Origin: Burkholderiales bacterium
GTDB taxonomy: Bacteria; Pseudomonadota; Gammaproteobacteria; Burkholderiales; SG8-41
Length of the DNA: 64,000 nt
Direction of reading: 5' to 3'
Assembly (NCBI GenBank): GCA_043743335.1
Contig: JAYTWR010000199.1
Location: 2,303-66,302 of the forward strand
Below are positions 8,339-19,325 of this stretch, one piece after another (position 1 is the first letter of the stretch; the number at the start of each line of letters is the position of its first letter). A program made the translations under genes and the position numbers. The notes under the pieces were generated by a model. It saw only the letters and a list, made by a program, of their open reading frames with translations, searched no databases and was not told the origin of the DNA.

Positions 8339-10903
8339 TCAGGCTGCCTTGCGCGCCCTGGGCGCTTTCTTGGCGGCTGGCGCGGGCTTTTTCGCTTTCG
8401 CCGCTGTCGCTGTCTTGCCCCCCGCCTTAGCCTCACGCGGCGCAAACTCAAACGACACCTTGCCCTCCGCCCCGCGCGCCAAAAACGCTGAGAAAGGACG
8501 CCCCTTCTTGCTGATAAATTTATGCAGCAAATCCGTCTTGCCTTCTTTCAAAAGCTTTACCACCTGCTCCGGCTCTATATTGCGCTGAAGAATGATTTTG
8601 CCGGTGCGGAAATCGCAGGTGCGCGGCTGTGCAGCGGATTTTTCGCACACATAAGCCATGCCATGGTCGTAGACCTGACTGCCGCACTTGGGGCACGTGC
8701 CCATGGGTTCTTTTCCACTGAAATCGACGGGCTCGGCGTTTTCGCCGCCGCCTTGGCCGAAATCAAATTCAAACTTGAACTCATCGGTGAGCTTGATGAC
8801 GGCGGCGAACGGGCGCCCCAAGCGGCTGCGGAAACCCTGTAGCGGGCCGATGCTCTTTTTGACAAAAAGTTCGTCGATTTCCGCCGGTTCAAACTGCCGC
8901 CCGGCGAGGATGCGCCACAGCGAAAACTCACATTTGTCGCACTGGAATTTTTTGTAATTTTCTTTCACGGTGCCACCACACGACGGGCACTTGCCCTGCA
9001 ACGTGGCGTAATCGCCGGGCACGGTTTCACTTTCGTGCGCCTTGGCGCGCTCGACGATGTGGCGAGTCATTTTGGCGATTTCCTTCATGAAGGTATCGCG
9101 CTTTAACTTGCCTTGCTCCATTTCCTTTAACTTGAATTCCCACTCGCCGGTCATTTCGGGCGATGCCAACTCAGGAATTTCCAACCCGCGCAACAGCGTG
9201 ATCAGTGAAAACGCTTTAGGCATGGCTTGTAGTTCGCGCCCATTGCGGATGACGTATTCTTCAGCAAGCAGCTTTTCGATAATGACCGCGCGCGTGGCTG
9301 GCGTGCCGAGGCCGCGTTCTTTCATGGCGTCGCGCAGTTCTTCGTCTTCCACCAGTTTGCCCGCACCTTCCATTGCCGAAAGCAGCGTGGCTTCGTTAAA
9401 GCGCGCGGGCGGCTTGGTTTGCGTGGCGAGCACGGTGATGTCTTCGGTTTTGGCCTTCTCGCCTTTTTTCACCGCCACCAGATTGGGCGAGTCGCCGTCT
9501 TCCGCAGCGGCTTTGCCGTGCACTTCCAGCCAGCCGGCGTTGACCAGCACTTTGCCTTCGCTTTTGAAGGCCTCTTTTTCGACGCGCGTGATGCGCGTGG
9601 TCACCAAATATTCCGCGCTCGGATAAAACACCGCGAGGAACTGGCGCACCACCAAGTCGTACAATTTTTGCTCAACTTCGTTGAGCGCCTTGGGTGCCTG
9701 CGGGGTCGGGATAATCGCAAAGTGGTCTGAAATTTTTGCGTTATTAAAAATGCGCTTGTTGGGCTTGACCCAACCTTGCTTTAAAATCTTTTTCGCCAAG
9801 GGTGCGTACGGCGTGCCCGACATTTCTTCGAGCGTGGTTTTTACCGTATCCAGATAATCTTCCGGCAGTGCGCGAGCATCCGTCCGCGGGTAGGTTAGTA
9901 CTTTGTGTTTTTCGTACAGCGACTGCGCAATGGACAGCGTGGTGCGTGCACTGAATCCAAACCGTCCGTTGGCAGCGCGCTGCAAGCTCGTCAAATCAAA
10001 CAACAACGGCGAAGCTTGCGTGGTGGGTTTGCTTTCTTCTTCAATCTCGCCGGGCTTGCCTTCACATTTGACCTTGATCGCCTCGGCGCGTTTGGCGTCC
10101 CAGAGGCGCTCGGCACGCAGGTCAGCTTCGGGCTCGCCTGCTTTGGCGTCGTCCTTCGGGTCTTTCTTTGCCTTGGCGAATTTCTCGTCGATCCAGCGGC
10201 CTGCGTATTGGCCTTCGGTAACGCCAAATGTGCCGTGTACTTCCCAATAATCTTTCGGCACGAAGCGTTTGATTTTCTCTTCGCGCTCAACCAAGATCGC
10301 CAGCGTCGGCGTTTGCACGCGGCCCACGGGCGTTTTGTGAAAGCCGCCGCTCTTTGAGTTAAACGCGGTCATCGCGCGCGTGCCATTGATACCCACCAGC
10401 CAGTCGGATTCCGACCGGCAAATCGCGGCATCGGCCAGCGGACGCATTTCTTCGTCAGTGCGCAGGTGCTTGAAGCCTTCCTTGATTGAGCCGGCGGTCA
10501 TGGATTGCAACCACAGCCGCTTGACCGGTTTTTTGCTACCGGCGTGGCTGGCGATGTAGCGGAAAATCAGCTCGCCTTCGCGCCCGGCGTCGCAGGCGTT
10601 GATGACGCCGGTGACATCTTTGCGCTTTAATAATTTGGTCAGCAGCTTCAGGCGCGGTTCGGATTTCTCGATCGGCAGCAGATCAAAATGCGGCGGAATC
10701 ACCGGCAGGTTGGCAAACGACCATTTGCCGCGTTTGACCTCGAATTCGTCCGGCACGGCAATTTGCACCAAGTGGCCGACGGCCGAGGACAACACAAAAT
10801 CGTCACTTTCAAAGTAATCATCATGGCGCTTAAAGCCACCCAGCACGCGCGCAATATCGCCGGCAACTGAGGGCTTCTCAGCGATAATTAGTTGTTTTGA
10901 CAT
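8339..10903 (-). CDS. topB: DNA topoisomerase III
   Basis: IIAEKPSVA, NACDAGREGE, GRVQTPTL, LTYPRTD motifs and C-terminal Zn ribbons; next to dprA. Confidence 0.95.
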   Translation of the reverse strand: MSKQLIIAEKPSVAGDIARVLGGFKRHDDYFESDDFVLSSAVGHLVQIAVPDEFEVKRGKWSFANLPVIPPHFDLLPIEKSEPRLKLLTKLLKRKDVTGVINACDAGREGELIFRYIASHAGSKKPVKRLWLQSMTAGSIKEGFKHLRTDEEMRPLADAAICRSESDWLVGINGTRAMTAFNSKSGGFHKTPVGRVQTPTLAILVEREEKIKRFVPKDYWEVHGTFGVTEGQYAGRWIDEKFAKAKKDPKDDAKAGEPEADLRAERLWDAKRAEAIKVKCEGKPGEIEEESKPTTQASPLLFDLTSLQRAANGRFGFSARTTLSIAQSLYEKHKVLTYPRTDARALPEDYLDTVKTTLEEMSGTPYAPLAKKILKQGWVKPNKRIFNNAKISDHFAIIPTPQAPKALNEVEQKLYDLVVRQFLAVFYPSAEYLVTTRITRVEKEAFKSEGKVLVNAGWLEVHGKAAAEDGDSPNLVAVKKGEKAKTEDITVLATQTKPPARFNEATLLSAMEGAGKLVEDEELRDAMKERGLGTPATRAVIIEKLLAEEYVIRNGRELQAMPKAFSLITLLRGLEIPELASPEMTGEWEFKLKEMEQGKLKRDTFMKEIAKMTRHIVERAKAHESETVPGDYATLQGKCPSCGGTVKENYKKFQCDKCEFSLWRILAGRQFEPAEIDELFVKKSIGPLQGFRSRLGRPFAAVIKLTDEFKFEFDFGQGGGENAEPVDFSGKEPMGTCPKCGSQVYDHGMAYVCEKSAAQPRTCDFRTGKIILQRNIEPEQVVKLLKEGKTDLLHKFISKKGRPFSAFLARGAEGKVSFEFAPREAKAGGKTATAAKAKKPAPAAKKAPRARKAA

Positions 10904-11082
10904 GGTTTTTTGGGGGCGCCCATACTGTAAGCCGCGAAAATTCGCGGAAGGTCACCGCACGGTGCGGTGTAAAAAGAGGCGCAGATAATAAGAACAAAGC
11001 GGGCGCTAACGCAAGCAACCCTGTCACAGTCAGGCGCATTCCGCTTGCCCGGCATGTAAAAAAACTCAATAAAAACAATTAG

Positions 11083-12156
11083 TTATTGAATCCTTTGCCA
11101 CAGACCGCCCGGCAGGCCGGCGACGGCCCCTTCCAGCTCTAACTCGGTCAAACTGGCGCTGACTTCATGCACCGGCAGGCCGGCGCGGCCCGCGAGGGTG
11201 TCGATATCGCAGGGGTCGAACGCCATATGCGCCAGCAGCGGGTTGCTGCTGCTAACGGCCTTGGTTGCCCCGCCAGCGGGTACCGGCAGGCGCAGCTCGC
11301 TCAGGATGTCCGCCGCGTCGTCCACCAGCTTGGCACCCTGTTTAATCAGCACGTGGCAGCCCTTAGACAGGGTGGAGTGAATCGAGCCGGGTATGGCGAA
11401 AACGTCTTTGCCCAACTCGTTGCTCAGGCGCGCGGTAATCAGTGAACCGCTCGACAGCGCGGCTTCGACCACCAAACAGCCGCGCGTCATGCCGCTAATC
11501 AGCCGGTTGCGACGCGGAAAGTTGGCCGCCAGCGGCGGCGTGCCCAACGCGAATTCAGAAATAATAAGGCCCTTGTCGGCAATGGCATGCGCGAGATCAC
11601 GATTGCGTGCGGGATAGACCTTGTCGAGCCCGGTGCCGACGATGGCAATGGTCGAAGACAACCCGGCCAGCCCGCCGCGATGTGCGGCAGCGTCAATGCC
11701 CAGCGCCATGCCGCTGACGACGCATAGCCCCGCGTTACTCAAGGCGGTGGCAAAGGCCTCTGCCGTGAGTTTGCCCTGCGCGGTGGCGTTGCGGCTGCCG
11801 ACCACGGCTATTGCTGGGTGATTCAGCAGTTCAAGCCGGCCTTTGGCGTAAATGAGGGGTGGGGGATCGGGCGTTTGCAGTAGCGCCTGCGGGTATTGCG
11901 CATCCGCCAAAGTGACGACATGGTTGTTGCTGTCGGCCAGCCAAGTTTCGACGGTGGATAACTCGCCGTGTAGCGTGCCGTCGAGTAGGGCATCGGCGAT
12001 TTTCCCGCTAACCACTGCGGTGAGCGCCGTGCGACTGGCTCCCAGCACTTGTTCCGGGCCGCCAAAGGCCAACAGCAGTTTGCGAAACGCTTCGCCGCCC
12101 AAGCCCGCCGTCAGTGACAGGCGCAGCCAAGCCGATAAATCAGGGGCAAGCGGCAT
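11083..12156 (-). CDS. dprA: DNA-processing protein DprA
   Basis: AVVGSRNAT, VSGMALGID, FPRRNRLISG and SGSLITA motifs. Confidence 0.96.
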   Translation of the reverse strand: MPLAPDLSAWLRLSLTAGLGGEAFRKLLLAFGGPEQVLGASRTALTAVVSGKIADALLDGTLHGELSTVETWLADSNNHVVTLADAQYPQALLQTPDPPPLIYAKGRLELLNHPAIAVVGSRNATAQGKLTAEAFATALSNAGLCVVSGMALGIDAAAHRGGLAGLSSTIAIVGTGLDKVYPARNRDLAHAIADKGLIISEFALGTPPLAANFPRRNRLISGMTRGCLVVEAALSSGSLITARLSNELGKDVFAIPGSIHSTLSKGCHVLIKQGAKLVDDAADILSELRLPVPAGGATKAVSSSNPLLAHMAFDPCDIDTLAGRAGLPVHEVSASLTELELEGAVAGLPGGLWQRIQ

Positions 12157-12213
12157 GGGATACCCCGCACCGACCGGACGCAGGACGCCAAGCCGGCAAA
12201 ATGCCTAGAAAAA

Positions 12214-13365
12214 TCAAGGCGTTGTGACGACATCGTCTATGGCCACCGGCAATTTCGACTGCATCACCAAACCGAATGACGCACGCTCAAACGCGCGGAA
12301 TATCATCACGAGGCCGTAGCGCTCCTCCGGAAGGTTGGCAATATCCGCTTCGGTAATGGGCTTTTGCGTACTGAAAACCGGGCTATCGCGCACATTGAGT
12401 TGCTCTTCATAATAAGTCCGCCGGCCGTCGCTACCGGTGGGTCCGGTGCGGCCTAACATGGCACTCGTGCGCAATGCGTAGCGCGAGTTGGCCGGACTGC
12501 GATAGAGCGCGAGGACATGCCCGGCTTCGAGACCATCTTTAGAGCCTTTAGACAGCGACACCACGGAATAGCGGCCCGTCTCGTACAGATTGTCGTTCAG
12601 CGACATGACACGGCCTTTGACTTGACTTGCGGGCGCGCGAGGCACATAGGCAAACACGGGCACTTCCTTGACAATCGCCACCAAGCTGTCGCCGGTGTAG
12701 ATTTCTTGCGTCGATTTGAGAATTTCGACACGGCTGATCTCGCCGAATTGGCGCACGCGCGCCTCGCCCAAGTACAGTCCGAGATAGCCCAATGTGGCAC
12801 CCGTGTCGGGATCAATCAGTTTGTCGCCACGGCGATAAATGTGCCAGTTGTCGCCCCGATCTTTCTGCAGCCCTTTGACATAGGCGATATTGCCCGCACC
12901 TACCACCACACGCGACTCTTCGGTCGCGATGATTTTCGGTGCGCTGTCGAGCTCATTTTCGGCGAGGACCATCGGTCGCGAAATGAAAGCCTCAATGGCC
13001 GACGGTGGTATGGTCGGCACGACGTCTTTGATGTCTTCGGTGCGCACGCGTGGCACCATGGCCACCGTTTCCACCCGCAGGCGGCCAGTGGCGCGGTCCA
13101 GAACCAACACATCGCCCGGAAAAATACGGTGCGGATTGCGAATTTGTTGACGATTCAAATCCCACAACTGCGGCCAGTTCCACGGCTTGTCGAGATAGCG
13201 CCCGGAAATGCCCCACAGCGTGTCGCCGCGCTCCACGGTATAGCGGTCGGGCGCATCAGGCTTGAGATCTTTCAGTGCCTGCGCCGCAGCGCTGCCGGCG
13301 AACATCAATGACGCGGCGGCGGCAAAGGGCAGCAGCAGCGATATAATGCGGTTCTTCATGAACAT
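12214..13365 (-). CDS. LysM peptidoglycan-binding domain protein
   Basis: Signal peptide, YTVERGDTLWGIS...NPHRIFPG LysM; conserved position between dprA and def. Confidence 0.9.
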   Translation of the reverse strand: MFMKNRIISLLLPFAAAASLMFAGSAAAQALKDLKPDAPDRYTVERGDTLWGISGRYLDKPWNWPQLWDLNRQQIRNPHRIFPGDVLVLDRATGRLRVETVAMVPRVRTEDIKDVVPTIPPSAIEAFISRPMVLAENELDSAPKIIATEESRVVVGAGNIAYVKGLQKDRGDNWHIYRRGDKLIDPDTGATLGYLGLYLGEARVRQFGEISRVEILKSTQEIYTGDSLVAIVKEVPVFAYVPRAPASQVKGRVMSLNDNLYETGRYSVVSLSKGSKDGLEAGHVLALYRSPANSRYALRTSAMLGRTGPTGSDGRRTYYEEQLNVRDSPVFSTQKPITEADIANLPEERYGLVMIFRAFERASFGLVMQSKLPVAIDDVVTTP

Positions 13366-13583
13366 AGTGACACCTCTATGGAATTGACGACAGCCTGCGG
13401 ATGGTTCGCGGGTAGTTCTCCGAAGACCGCCTCAGCCGACTGTTACCGCCCGGCAAAGCCTAATTTGGGTCATGCGCTTGGCCGCACACGCAACCACAGC
13501 TTGTTGCACATGTGTTGTACTGGCGCAACATGATACTTTGGATTAAATTCTGCATCTAGTTACTTATATTAGCAAGACTTTTT

Positions 13584-14087
13584 GTGCCCAAACTCTCCAT
13601 TCTGCTGTACCCCGATCCGCGTCTGCACACCGTTGCCCAGCCTGTGCAGCAGGTAACTGACGAAATTCGTAATTTAATCAAAGACATGGCTGAAACCATG
13701 TATGCGGCACCGGGTGTTGGTCTTGCCGCAACACAGGTCGATGTGCACCAGCGCATCATCGTCTATGACACCGCTGCCGCGCGCGACCGTTTGCGCGTCT
13801 TGATCAACCCTGAAATCCTTGAGGCCAGCGGCGTCGCCGATTGCGACGAAGGTTGCCTATCGGTGCCGAACATTTACGAAAAGACCCAACGCGCCCAGCA
13901 TGTTCGCATCCGCGCGCTGGACGCCGACGGCGCGGCCTTCGAGCATACTGCCGACGGGCTCGAGGCCGTGTGCATCCAGCACGAAATGGATCACCTAGAA
14001 GGCAAGGTTTTCGTCGAAAGGCTGTCGCGGCTCAAGCAGCAGCGCATCATCGCCAAGCTGAAAAAGCGCCAGCGCGACGGCAAATAA
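13584..14087 (+). CDS. def: Peptide deformylase
   Basis: [13 protein letters not shown] and QHEMDHLEG motifs. Confidence 0.97.
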   Translation: MPKLSILLYPDPRLHTVAQPVQQVTDEIRNLIKDMAETMYAAPGVGLAATQVDVHQRIIVYDTAAARDRLRVLINPEILEASGVADCDEGCLSVPNIYEKTQRAQHVRIRALDADGAAFEHTADGLEAVCIQHEMDHLEGKVFVERLSRLKQQRIIAKLKKRQRDGK

Positions 14088-14187
14088 CAGCCAGCACTTA
14101 CGCCCTGTCGGCGTAAATTACATAACTAATTGTTTTTAAAGAGTTTTTAATGATAAGGCGCACCTTGCCTGGTGTCACCCTAGTGCC

Positions 14188-15114
14188 ATGCGGCTGATTT
14201 TCGCAGGCACACCCACTTTCGCCGCCGTCGCGCTGCAAGCGTTGATTGCCGCCGGACACGATATTGCGTTAGTGCTTACGCAGCCCGACCGTCCCGCCGG
14301 ACGCGGCCTCAAACCCGCCGCCTCTGACGTAAAAAAACTTGCTCAAAATCAACAGCTTACCGTTGAGCAACCGCTCACATTAAAAACGGACACCGCGCGC
14401 AATCTGATCGCAGCAGCCGCTGCCGACGCGATGATCGTCGCGGCCTATGGGCTCATTTTGCCCAAGGCCCTTTTGGCGATTCCGCGTCTGGGCTGCCTGA
14501 ATATTCACGCCTCTTTGCTGCCGCGCTGGCGCGGTGCCGCGCCCATCCAGCGTGCCATTCTGGCGGGTGACACTGAAACCGGCATTACGATTATGCAAAT
14601 GGACGAAGGCTTGGATACCGGGGCCATGCTGGCTAAGCGCGCTATCCCCATCGGCGAAGCTGAAACCGCCGGTGAGTTGCACGACCGGCTGGCAGCGCTG
14701 GGCGGTGAACTCATCGCCGACGTGCTGCGCGTGCTGCCGCCCGCCGCGCCACAAGAGGCCGCGCAAGCCTGCTACGCCGCCAAAATCCTCAAAGACGAGG
14801 CGGTCATCCACTGGGATGCCTCGGCCAGCGAAATCGCGCGTCAGGTGCGCGCCTATAACCCATTCCCCGGTGCCGTTACCGCACTGGGGGCCGAGCGCAT
14901 CAAACTTTGGCGCGCTGAAAGCGTGGACCATTTACCGGGCGAACCCGGCACGGTATGCCGCAGCGCGCCAGGTGAACTTATCATCGCCTGCGGCCTAGGC
15001 GCACTGAAAGTGCTGGAGTTGCAACGCGCGGGCGGCAAACGTCTGGCAACCGGCGTATTCCTCAAGGGGTTCCCGCTCGCACGCGGCGCAGGCTTCACCA
15101 AGCCGTCGGACTAA
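14188..15114 (+). CDS. fmt: Methionyl-tRNA formyltransferase
   Basis: FAGTPTFA, TQPDRPAGRG and NIHASLLPRWRGAAPIQ motifs. Confidence 0.97.
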   Translation: MRLIFAGTPTFAAVALQALIAAGHDIALVLTQPDRPAGRGLKPAASDVKKLAQNQQLTVEQPLTLKTDTARNLIAAAAADAMIVAAYGLILPKALLAIPRLGCLNIHASLLPRWRGAAPIQRAILAGDTETGITIMQMDEGLDTGAMLAKRAIPIGEAETAGELHDRLAALGGELIADVLRVLPPAAPQEAAQACYAAKILKDEAVIHWDASASEIARQVRAYNPFPGAVTALGAERIKLWRAESVDHLPGEPGTVCRSAPGELIIACGLGALKVLELQRAGGKRLATGVFLKGFPLARGAGFTKPSD

Positions 15115-16427
15115 TGCACGACGCTCAACGCCTCGCCGTCGGTGTGCTGGAACGCGTGCAAACCGGTCGCAATCTCGACACCGAACTGGCCGCCGCTTGG
15201 CGGCAATTGCCCGCCGGGCAACCGCAACTGCGCGCGCTAGTACAAGACCTTTGCTACGGGGTGCTGCGGCATCGCGGCGCACTAGACGCCATGCTCGCGC
15301 CGCTGTTGTCAAAGCCCTTGCGCGACGAATCATTGCGCCAATTGCTGCGCATCGGCCTGTATCAATTGCAACACACCCACGCCGCCCCGTACGCGGTGGT
15401 GGATCAGGCCGTGCAGGCGTGCATTGCGCTGCGCGCGCCGGCAGCCAAAGGCTTGGTCAACGCCGTACTGCGCAGCTACTTGCGGCGCAAGGCGGAATTG
15501 CAGGCAGCAAGCCTTGCCGGCGACGAAGGCCGCTATTCGTTTCCGCCCTGGTGGATTCAAAAAATCCGCACGCAGCATGCGCACCTCGATACACAACAAT
15601 TCGATGACTTTCTACGGGCGGCCAACGAACATGCGCCGCTCACGCTGCGGGTCAACGTGCGACGCACCACGCGCGCAGCGTATCTCGCGCGTCTCGCGGC
15701 TGAAGGCATACCCGCCACCGCGCTCGAACACGACGCCGTCGTACTGGGAAAACCCATGCCCGTGCAGCAACTGCCGGGTTTTGATGAAGGCCAAGTGTCC
15801 GTGCAGGACGCCTCCGCGCAGCGCGCTGCGCACCTGCTCGACGTCCACGCGGGCATGCGGGTGCTAGACGCCTGCGCCGCGCCCGGCGGCAAGACGGCGC
15901 ATCTGCTTGAGCTCGCGGATATCACGCTCACTGCGCTGGATAATGACGCATCGCGCATCACGCGCGTTCAGGCCAACCTGCGGCGTCTCGGTTTGACCGC
16001 GAATGTGCTGACCGGTGACGCCGCCGATCCGGCATCGTGGTGGGACGGCATGCCGTTTGACCGCATTCTCGCCGACGTGCCGTGCTCCGCATCGGGTGTC
16101 ACGCGGCGCCATCCCGATATCAAATGGTCGCGGCGCGAATCCGACATCGCACCGTTCGCCGCGCGCCAGGCGGCGATTGCCGACGCGCTGTGGCGGCTGC
16201 TTGCCGCTGGTGGTAAATTCCTGTATGTGACGTGTTCTGTGTTCAGGGAAGAAAATCAATGGCAAGTCGAGCGCTTTATCGGACGTCACGCCGACGCCCA
16301 ATGGTTGCCGCTGCCGCTGCCGTTGCTGACCTCTCCCGCCGATGAAATTGCTGCCGCACAAGCGGGTCAGATACTGCCGGATGCCGTTCACGATGGGTTT
16401 TACTACGCGCTGCTGCAAAAAACTTAA
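15114..16427 (+). CDS. rsmB: 16S rRNA m5C967 methyltransferase RsmB
   Basis: NusB-like N-terminus, LDACAAPGGKT, DVPCS and YVTCS motifs. Confidence 0.95.
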   Translation: MHDAQRLAVGVLERVQTGRNLDTELAAAWRQLPAGQPQLRALVQDLCYGVLRHRGALDAMLAPLLSKPLRDESLRQLLRIGLYQLQHTHAAPYAVVDQAVQACIALRAPAAKGLVNAVLRSYLRRKAELQAASLAGDEGRYSFPPWWIQKIRTQHAHLDTQQFDDFLRAANEHAPLTLRVNVRRTTRAAYLARLAAEGIPATALEHDAVVLGKPMPVQQLPGFDEGQVSVQDASAQRAAHLLDVHAGMRVLDACAAPGGKTAHLLELADITLTALDNDASRITRVQANLRRLGLTANVLTGDAADPASWWDGMPFDRILADVPCSASGVTRRHPDIKWSRRESDIAPFAARQAAIADALWRLLAAGGKFLYVTCSVFREENQWQVERFIGRHADAQWLPLPLPLLTSPADEIAAAQAGQILPDAVHDGFYYALLQKT

Positions 16428-16983
16428 CCTGGCATGGCTGCCGGTGCTGCGGCTATGGGCCGTGTGCGTTGCAGTGGTATGCCTGTGCGCCGGGGTGGTT
16501 CACGCCGACGGTATTGAGGTACGCAAAGCTTCAGTCAGCGCCGCCGAAGAGGGCTACGTGCTCGAAGCCGAGATCGACATTAAGCTCACCCCGGCGCTCG
16601 ATGATGCGTTACACAAGGGCGTGCCGCTCTACTTTGTACTGGAGTTCGAGCTCATCCGCGCGCGCTGGTATTGGACCAACGAAAAGCTCGCGGTCCTCAG
16701 CCAACAGCAGCGCCTGACCTACAACACGCTCACGCGCCAGTATCGTGTTGGCGTCGGGCCGCTCTACCAGAATTTTTCCAGTTTGGCGGAAGCGCTAAAT
16801 TACATGAGCCGTGTGCGCCGCCGCCAGGACATCGAACCCGGTGCGCTGCGCAAAGACACCGCCTACGCCGCCATGCTGCGGCTGCGCTTCGATACCACGC
16901 AGTTGCCCAAGCCGTTTCAGTTGCACACCGGGCGCGACTGGAACGTGAGCTCCGACTGGTATCGCTGGACGGTGACGCCATGA
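16393..16983 (+). CDS. DUF4390 family exported protein
   Basis: Position between rsmB and the sensor kinase; LPKPFQ motif; start chosen at ATG 16393. Confidence 0.8.
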   Translation: MGFTTRCCKKLNLAWLPVLRLWAVCVAVVCLCAGVVHADGIEVRKASVSAAEEGYVLEAEIDIKLTPALDDALHKGVPLYFVLEFELIRARWYWTNEKLAVLSQQQRLTYNTLTRQYRVGVGPLYQNFSSLAEALNYMSRVRRRQDIEPGALRKDTAYAAMLRLRFDTTQLPKPFQLHTGRDWNVSSDWYRWTVTP

Positions 16984-19220
16984 TGCAAGCCGCCTCCGCC
17001 CCGCTGGGTGCCGCCCCACCCTCCAAGCGACGGCGCTACGCCATCGTGCTGCTGGTGGGCTTAGGCGCGGTGGGATTGTTTCTGCTCGCCACCGCCAGCG
17101 CCAGCACCGCGCTGCTGGCCGAACATTATCAAGCGCTTTTGATCGTTAACGGCGCTATCGCCGCCTTGCTCGCCGCGCTGGTGATACGCCAGTTAATGAT
17201 GCTGCGGCGACGTCTGAAGGCCGGCATGTTCGGTGCCAAGCTCACACTGCGGCTGGTGCTGCTGCTGTCGATGATGGCCATCGTGCCCGGCGTATTGCTG
17301 TACGGCATGTCGATGCAGTATTTGGGCCGCAGCATTGAATCTTGGTTCGATGTCAAAGTGGACAAGGCGCTGGAAGGCGGATTGAAGCTCAGTCAGGATG
17401 TGCTCGACAACCTGTTGAAAGACCTCAAAGGCAAGGCCACCGCGATGGCCTTGCAACTGACCACGCGCCCGGCGGCCGAGCATGCCTTAGTGCTCAACAC
17501 CCTGCGCGAGCAGGCCGGTGCGCACGAGGCCACGCTTTACACCGTGCGCGGTAAAGTGATTGCCACCGCTGGCGGCACGAGCGCCAGCGTGGTGCCGGAG
17601 GCACCGCCAGCCGAAGCCCTGCGCCTGCTGCGCACGCAGCAAACGTACGCCGTGGCCGATGCCACACCGGATCGTGGCCTGTTGCTGCGCGTGGTCACGC
17701 CGGTCAATCTGCTGTCGCTGGCGGACGAGGGGCGCGCCCTGCAGCTCATTTACATCGTGCCGCAGCGCTTGGCGCAAAACGCCGAGACGGTGCAGTCGGG
17801 TTACCGCGAATATCAGGAACTGGTGGTCGGGCGGCTCGGCTTGAAGCGGCTCTATGGTCTTACGCTGACGCTAACGCTGCTGCTCGCGCTGCTAGCGGCG
17901 CTGGCGGCAGCCATTTATTTGTCAGAGGAACTCTCTGCACCGCTGAATGCCTTGGTCGAAGGCACGCGTGCCGTGGCGCAGGGTGATTTCAGCCGCCGCG
18001 CGGCGGTGGCCAGCCGCGATGAGCTCGGCCAATTGACACAATCCTTCAACAGCATGACGCACCAGCTCGAAGACGCGCGCAGCGAGGCTGAGCGCAACCA
18101 GGCCGCTGTCAACAAATCCAAGGTGTTTCTGGAAAGCATTCTGGCTCACTTGTCAGCCGGCGTGCTGGTGTTCGACGACACACTCACGCTGCAAAGCGCC
18201 AACCCCAGCGCCACGGCAATCCTTGGGCTGCAAAGCAACGCCCTGCTCAATCTTAAGGCTGCACAGTGGGGCAGCATCGATGAAACCCTGCGCGTGCTGA
18301 GTCTGGAAATTCAGGCGGGCTTTGCCGAAGCGGCGGGTGAAGAATGGGAACGGCAGGTCGTGCGCACGCTACCTACCGGTGAACAACAACTACTGCTGCG
18401 CGGCAAACCCTTGCCCCAAGGTATTGGTGGTATCGGTAACGCTGCTGCCAATGCGGGCTGCGTGGTGGTGTTCGACGACGTGACCGACGTGTTGCAGGCG
18501 CAACGCGATGCGGCATGGGCCGAAGTCGCGCGGCGCCTCGCGCATGAAATCAAAAACCCGCTGACGCCCATTCAATTATCCGCCGAACGCCTACAGATGA
18601 AGCTCGCGTCCAAGTTAGATGAAAACGATGCCAGCATGCTGGGCCGGTCAACGCAGACCATCGTCAATCAGGTGGCGGCGTTAAAACGCATGGTGGATGC
18701 GTTTAGCCAGTATGCGCGCGCGCCCGATCCCTCGATGCGCGAACTCGATCTGAATTCACTGGTGCATGAAGTGCTCACGCTTTATGAATCATCGCTGGGT
18801 TCCAGCATCAGGCTCGACCTAGCACACGCGTTGCCGCTGATTGTGGGCGACGCCGCGCAACTGCGGCAGGTCATCCACAACCTGCTGCAAAACGCGCAGG
18901 ATGCCTTGGGTACCGCAAGTGACACCCCCGAACCGCGCATCACCGTCACCAGCGCAACGGGCGACGGGTCAATCCGCTTTAGCGTCACCGACAACGGCAG
19001 CGGCTTTCCTGAACACTTGATGCGGCGCGCCTTTGAGCCGTATGTCACCACCAAGAAAAAGGGCACGGGCCTTGGTTTGGTGATCGTCAAAAAAATTATC
19101 GAAGAGCACGGCGGCCAGGTGGCCATCAGCAATGTCGAGCCGCACGGCGCGCGCGTGCTGATCACACTGCCGGTGCCGGCGTCCGCGCTGCGCTCTGTGC
19201 GCCAACGCACGGCGGCTTGA
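16980..19220 (+). CDS. ntrY: NtrY-like HAMP/PAS sensor histidine kinase
   Basis: AWAEVARRLAHEIKNPLTPIQLSAERL H-box plus N/G boxes; ATG at 16980 overlaps the upstream stop. Confidence 0.88.
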   Translation: MMQAASAPLGAAPPSKRRRYAIVLLVGLGAVGLFLLATASASTALLAEHYQALLIVNGAIAALLAALVIRQLMMLRRRLKAGMFGAKLTLRLVLLLSMMAIVPGVLLYGMSMQYLGRSIESWFDVKVDKALEGGLKLSQDVLDNLLKDLKGKATAMALQLTTRPAAEHALVLNTLREQAGAHEATLYTVRGKVIATAGGTSASVVPEAPPAEALRLLRTQQTYAVADATPDRGLLLRVVTPVNLLSLADEGRALQLIYIVPQRLAQNAETVQSGYREYQELVVGRLGLKRLYGLTLTLTLLLALLAALAAAIYLSEELSAPLNALVEGTRAVAQGDFSRRAAVASRDELGQLTQSFNSMTHQLEDARSEAERNQAAVNKSKVFLESILAHLSAGVLVFDDTLTLQSANPSATAILGLQSNALLNLKAAQWGSIDETLRVLSLEIQAGFAEAAGEEWERQVVRTLPTGEQQLLLRGKPLPQGIGGIGNAAANAGCVVVFDDVTDVLQAQRDAAWAEVARRLAHEIKNPLTPIQLSAERLQMKLASKLDENDASMLGRSTQTIVNQVAALKRMVDAFSQYARAPDPSMRELDLNSLVHEVLTLYESSLGSSIRLDLAHALPLIVGDAAQLRQVIHNLLQNAQDALGTASDTPEPRITVTSATGDGSIRFSVTDNGSGFPEHLMRRAFEPYVTTKKKGTGLGLVIVKKIIEEHGGQVAISNVEPHGARVLITLPVPASALRSVRQRTAA

Positions 19221-19325
19221 GAACACACAGGGCCTCCACGCATAAAAATAACGTAACTAATTGATTTTATTTAATTTAATTTTATACTTGTGCCCACACA
19301 ATAAAACCACAGAAGGTGGCCGGTC

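Noticed and set aside
16671..16979. N-terminal extension of the sensor kinase in the ORF track
   Set aside because: Overlaps the DUF4390 gene; the ATGA-coupled start at 16980 is more plausible. The same applies to extended starts at 34218, 35281, 54781, 60487 and 62016
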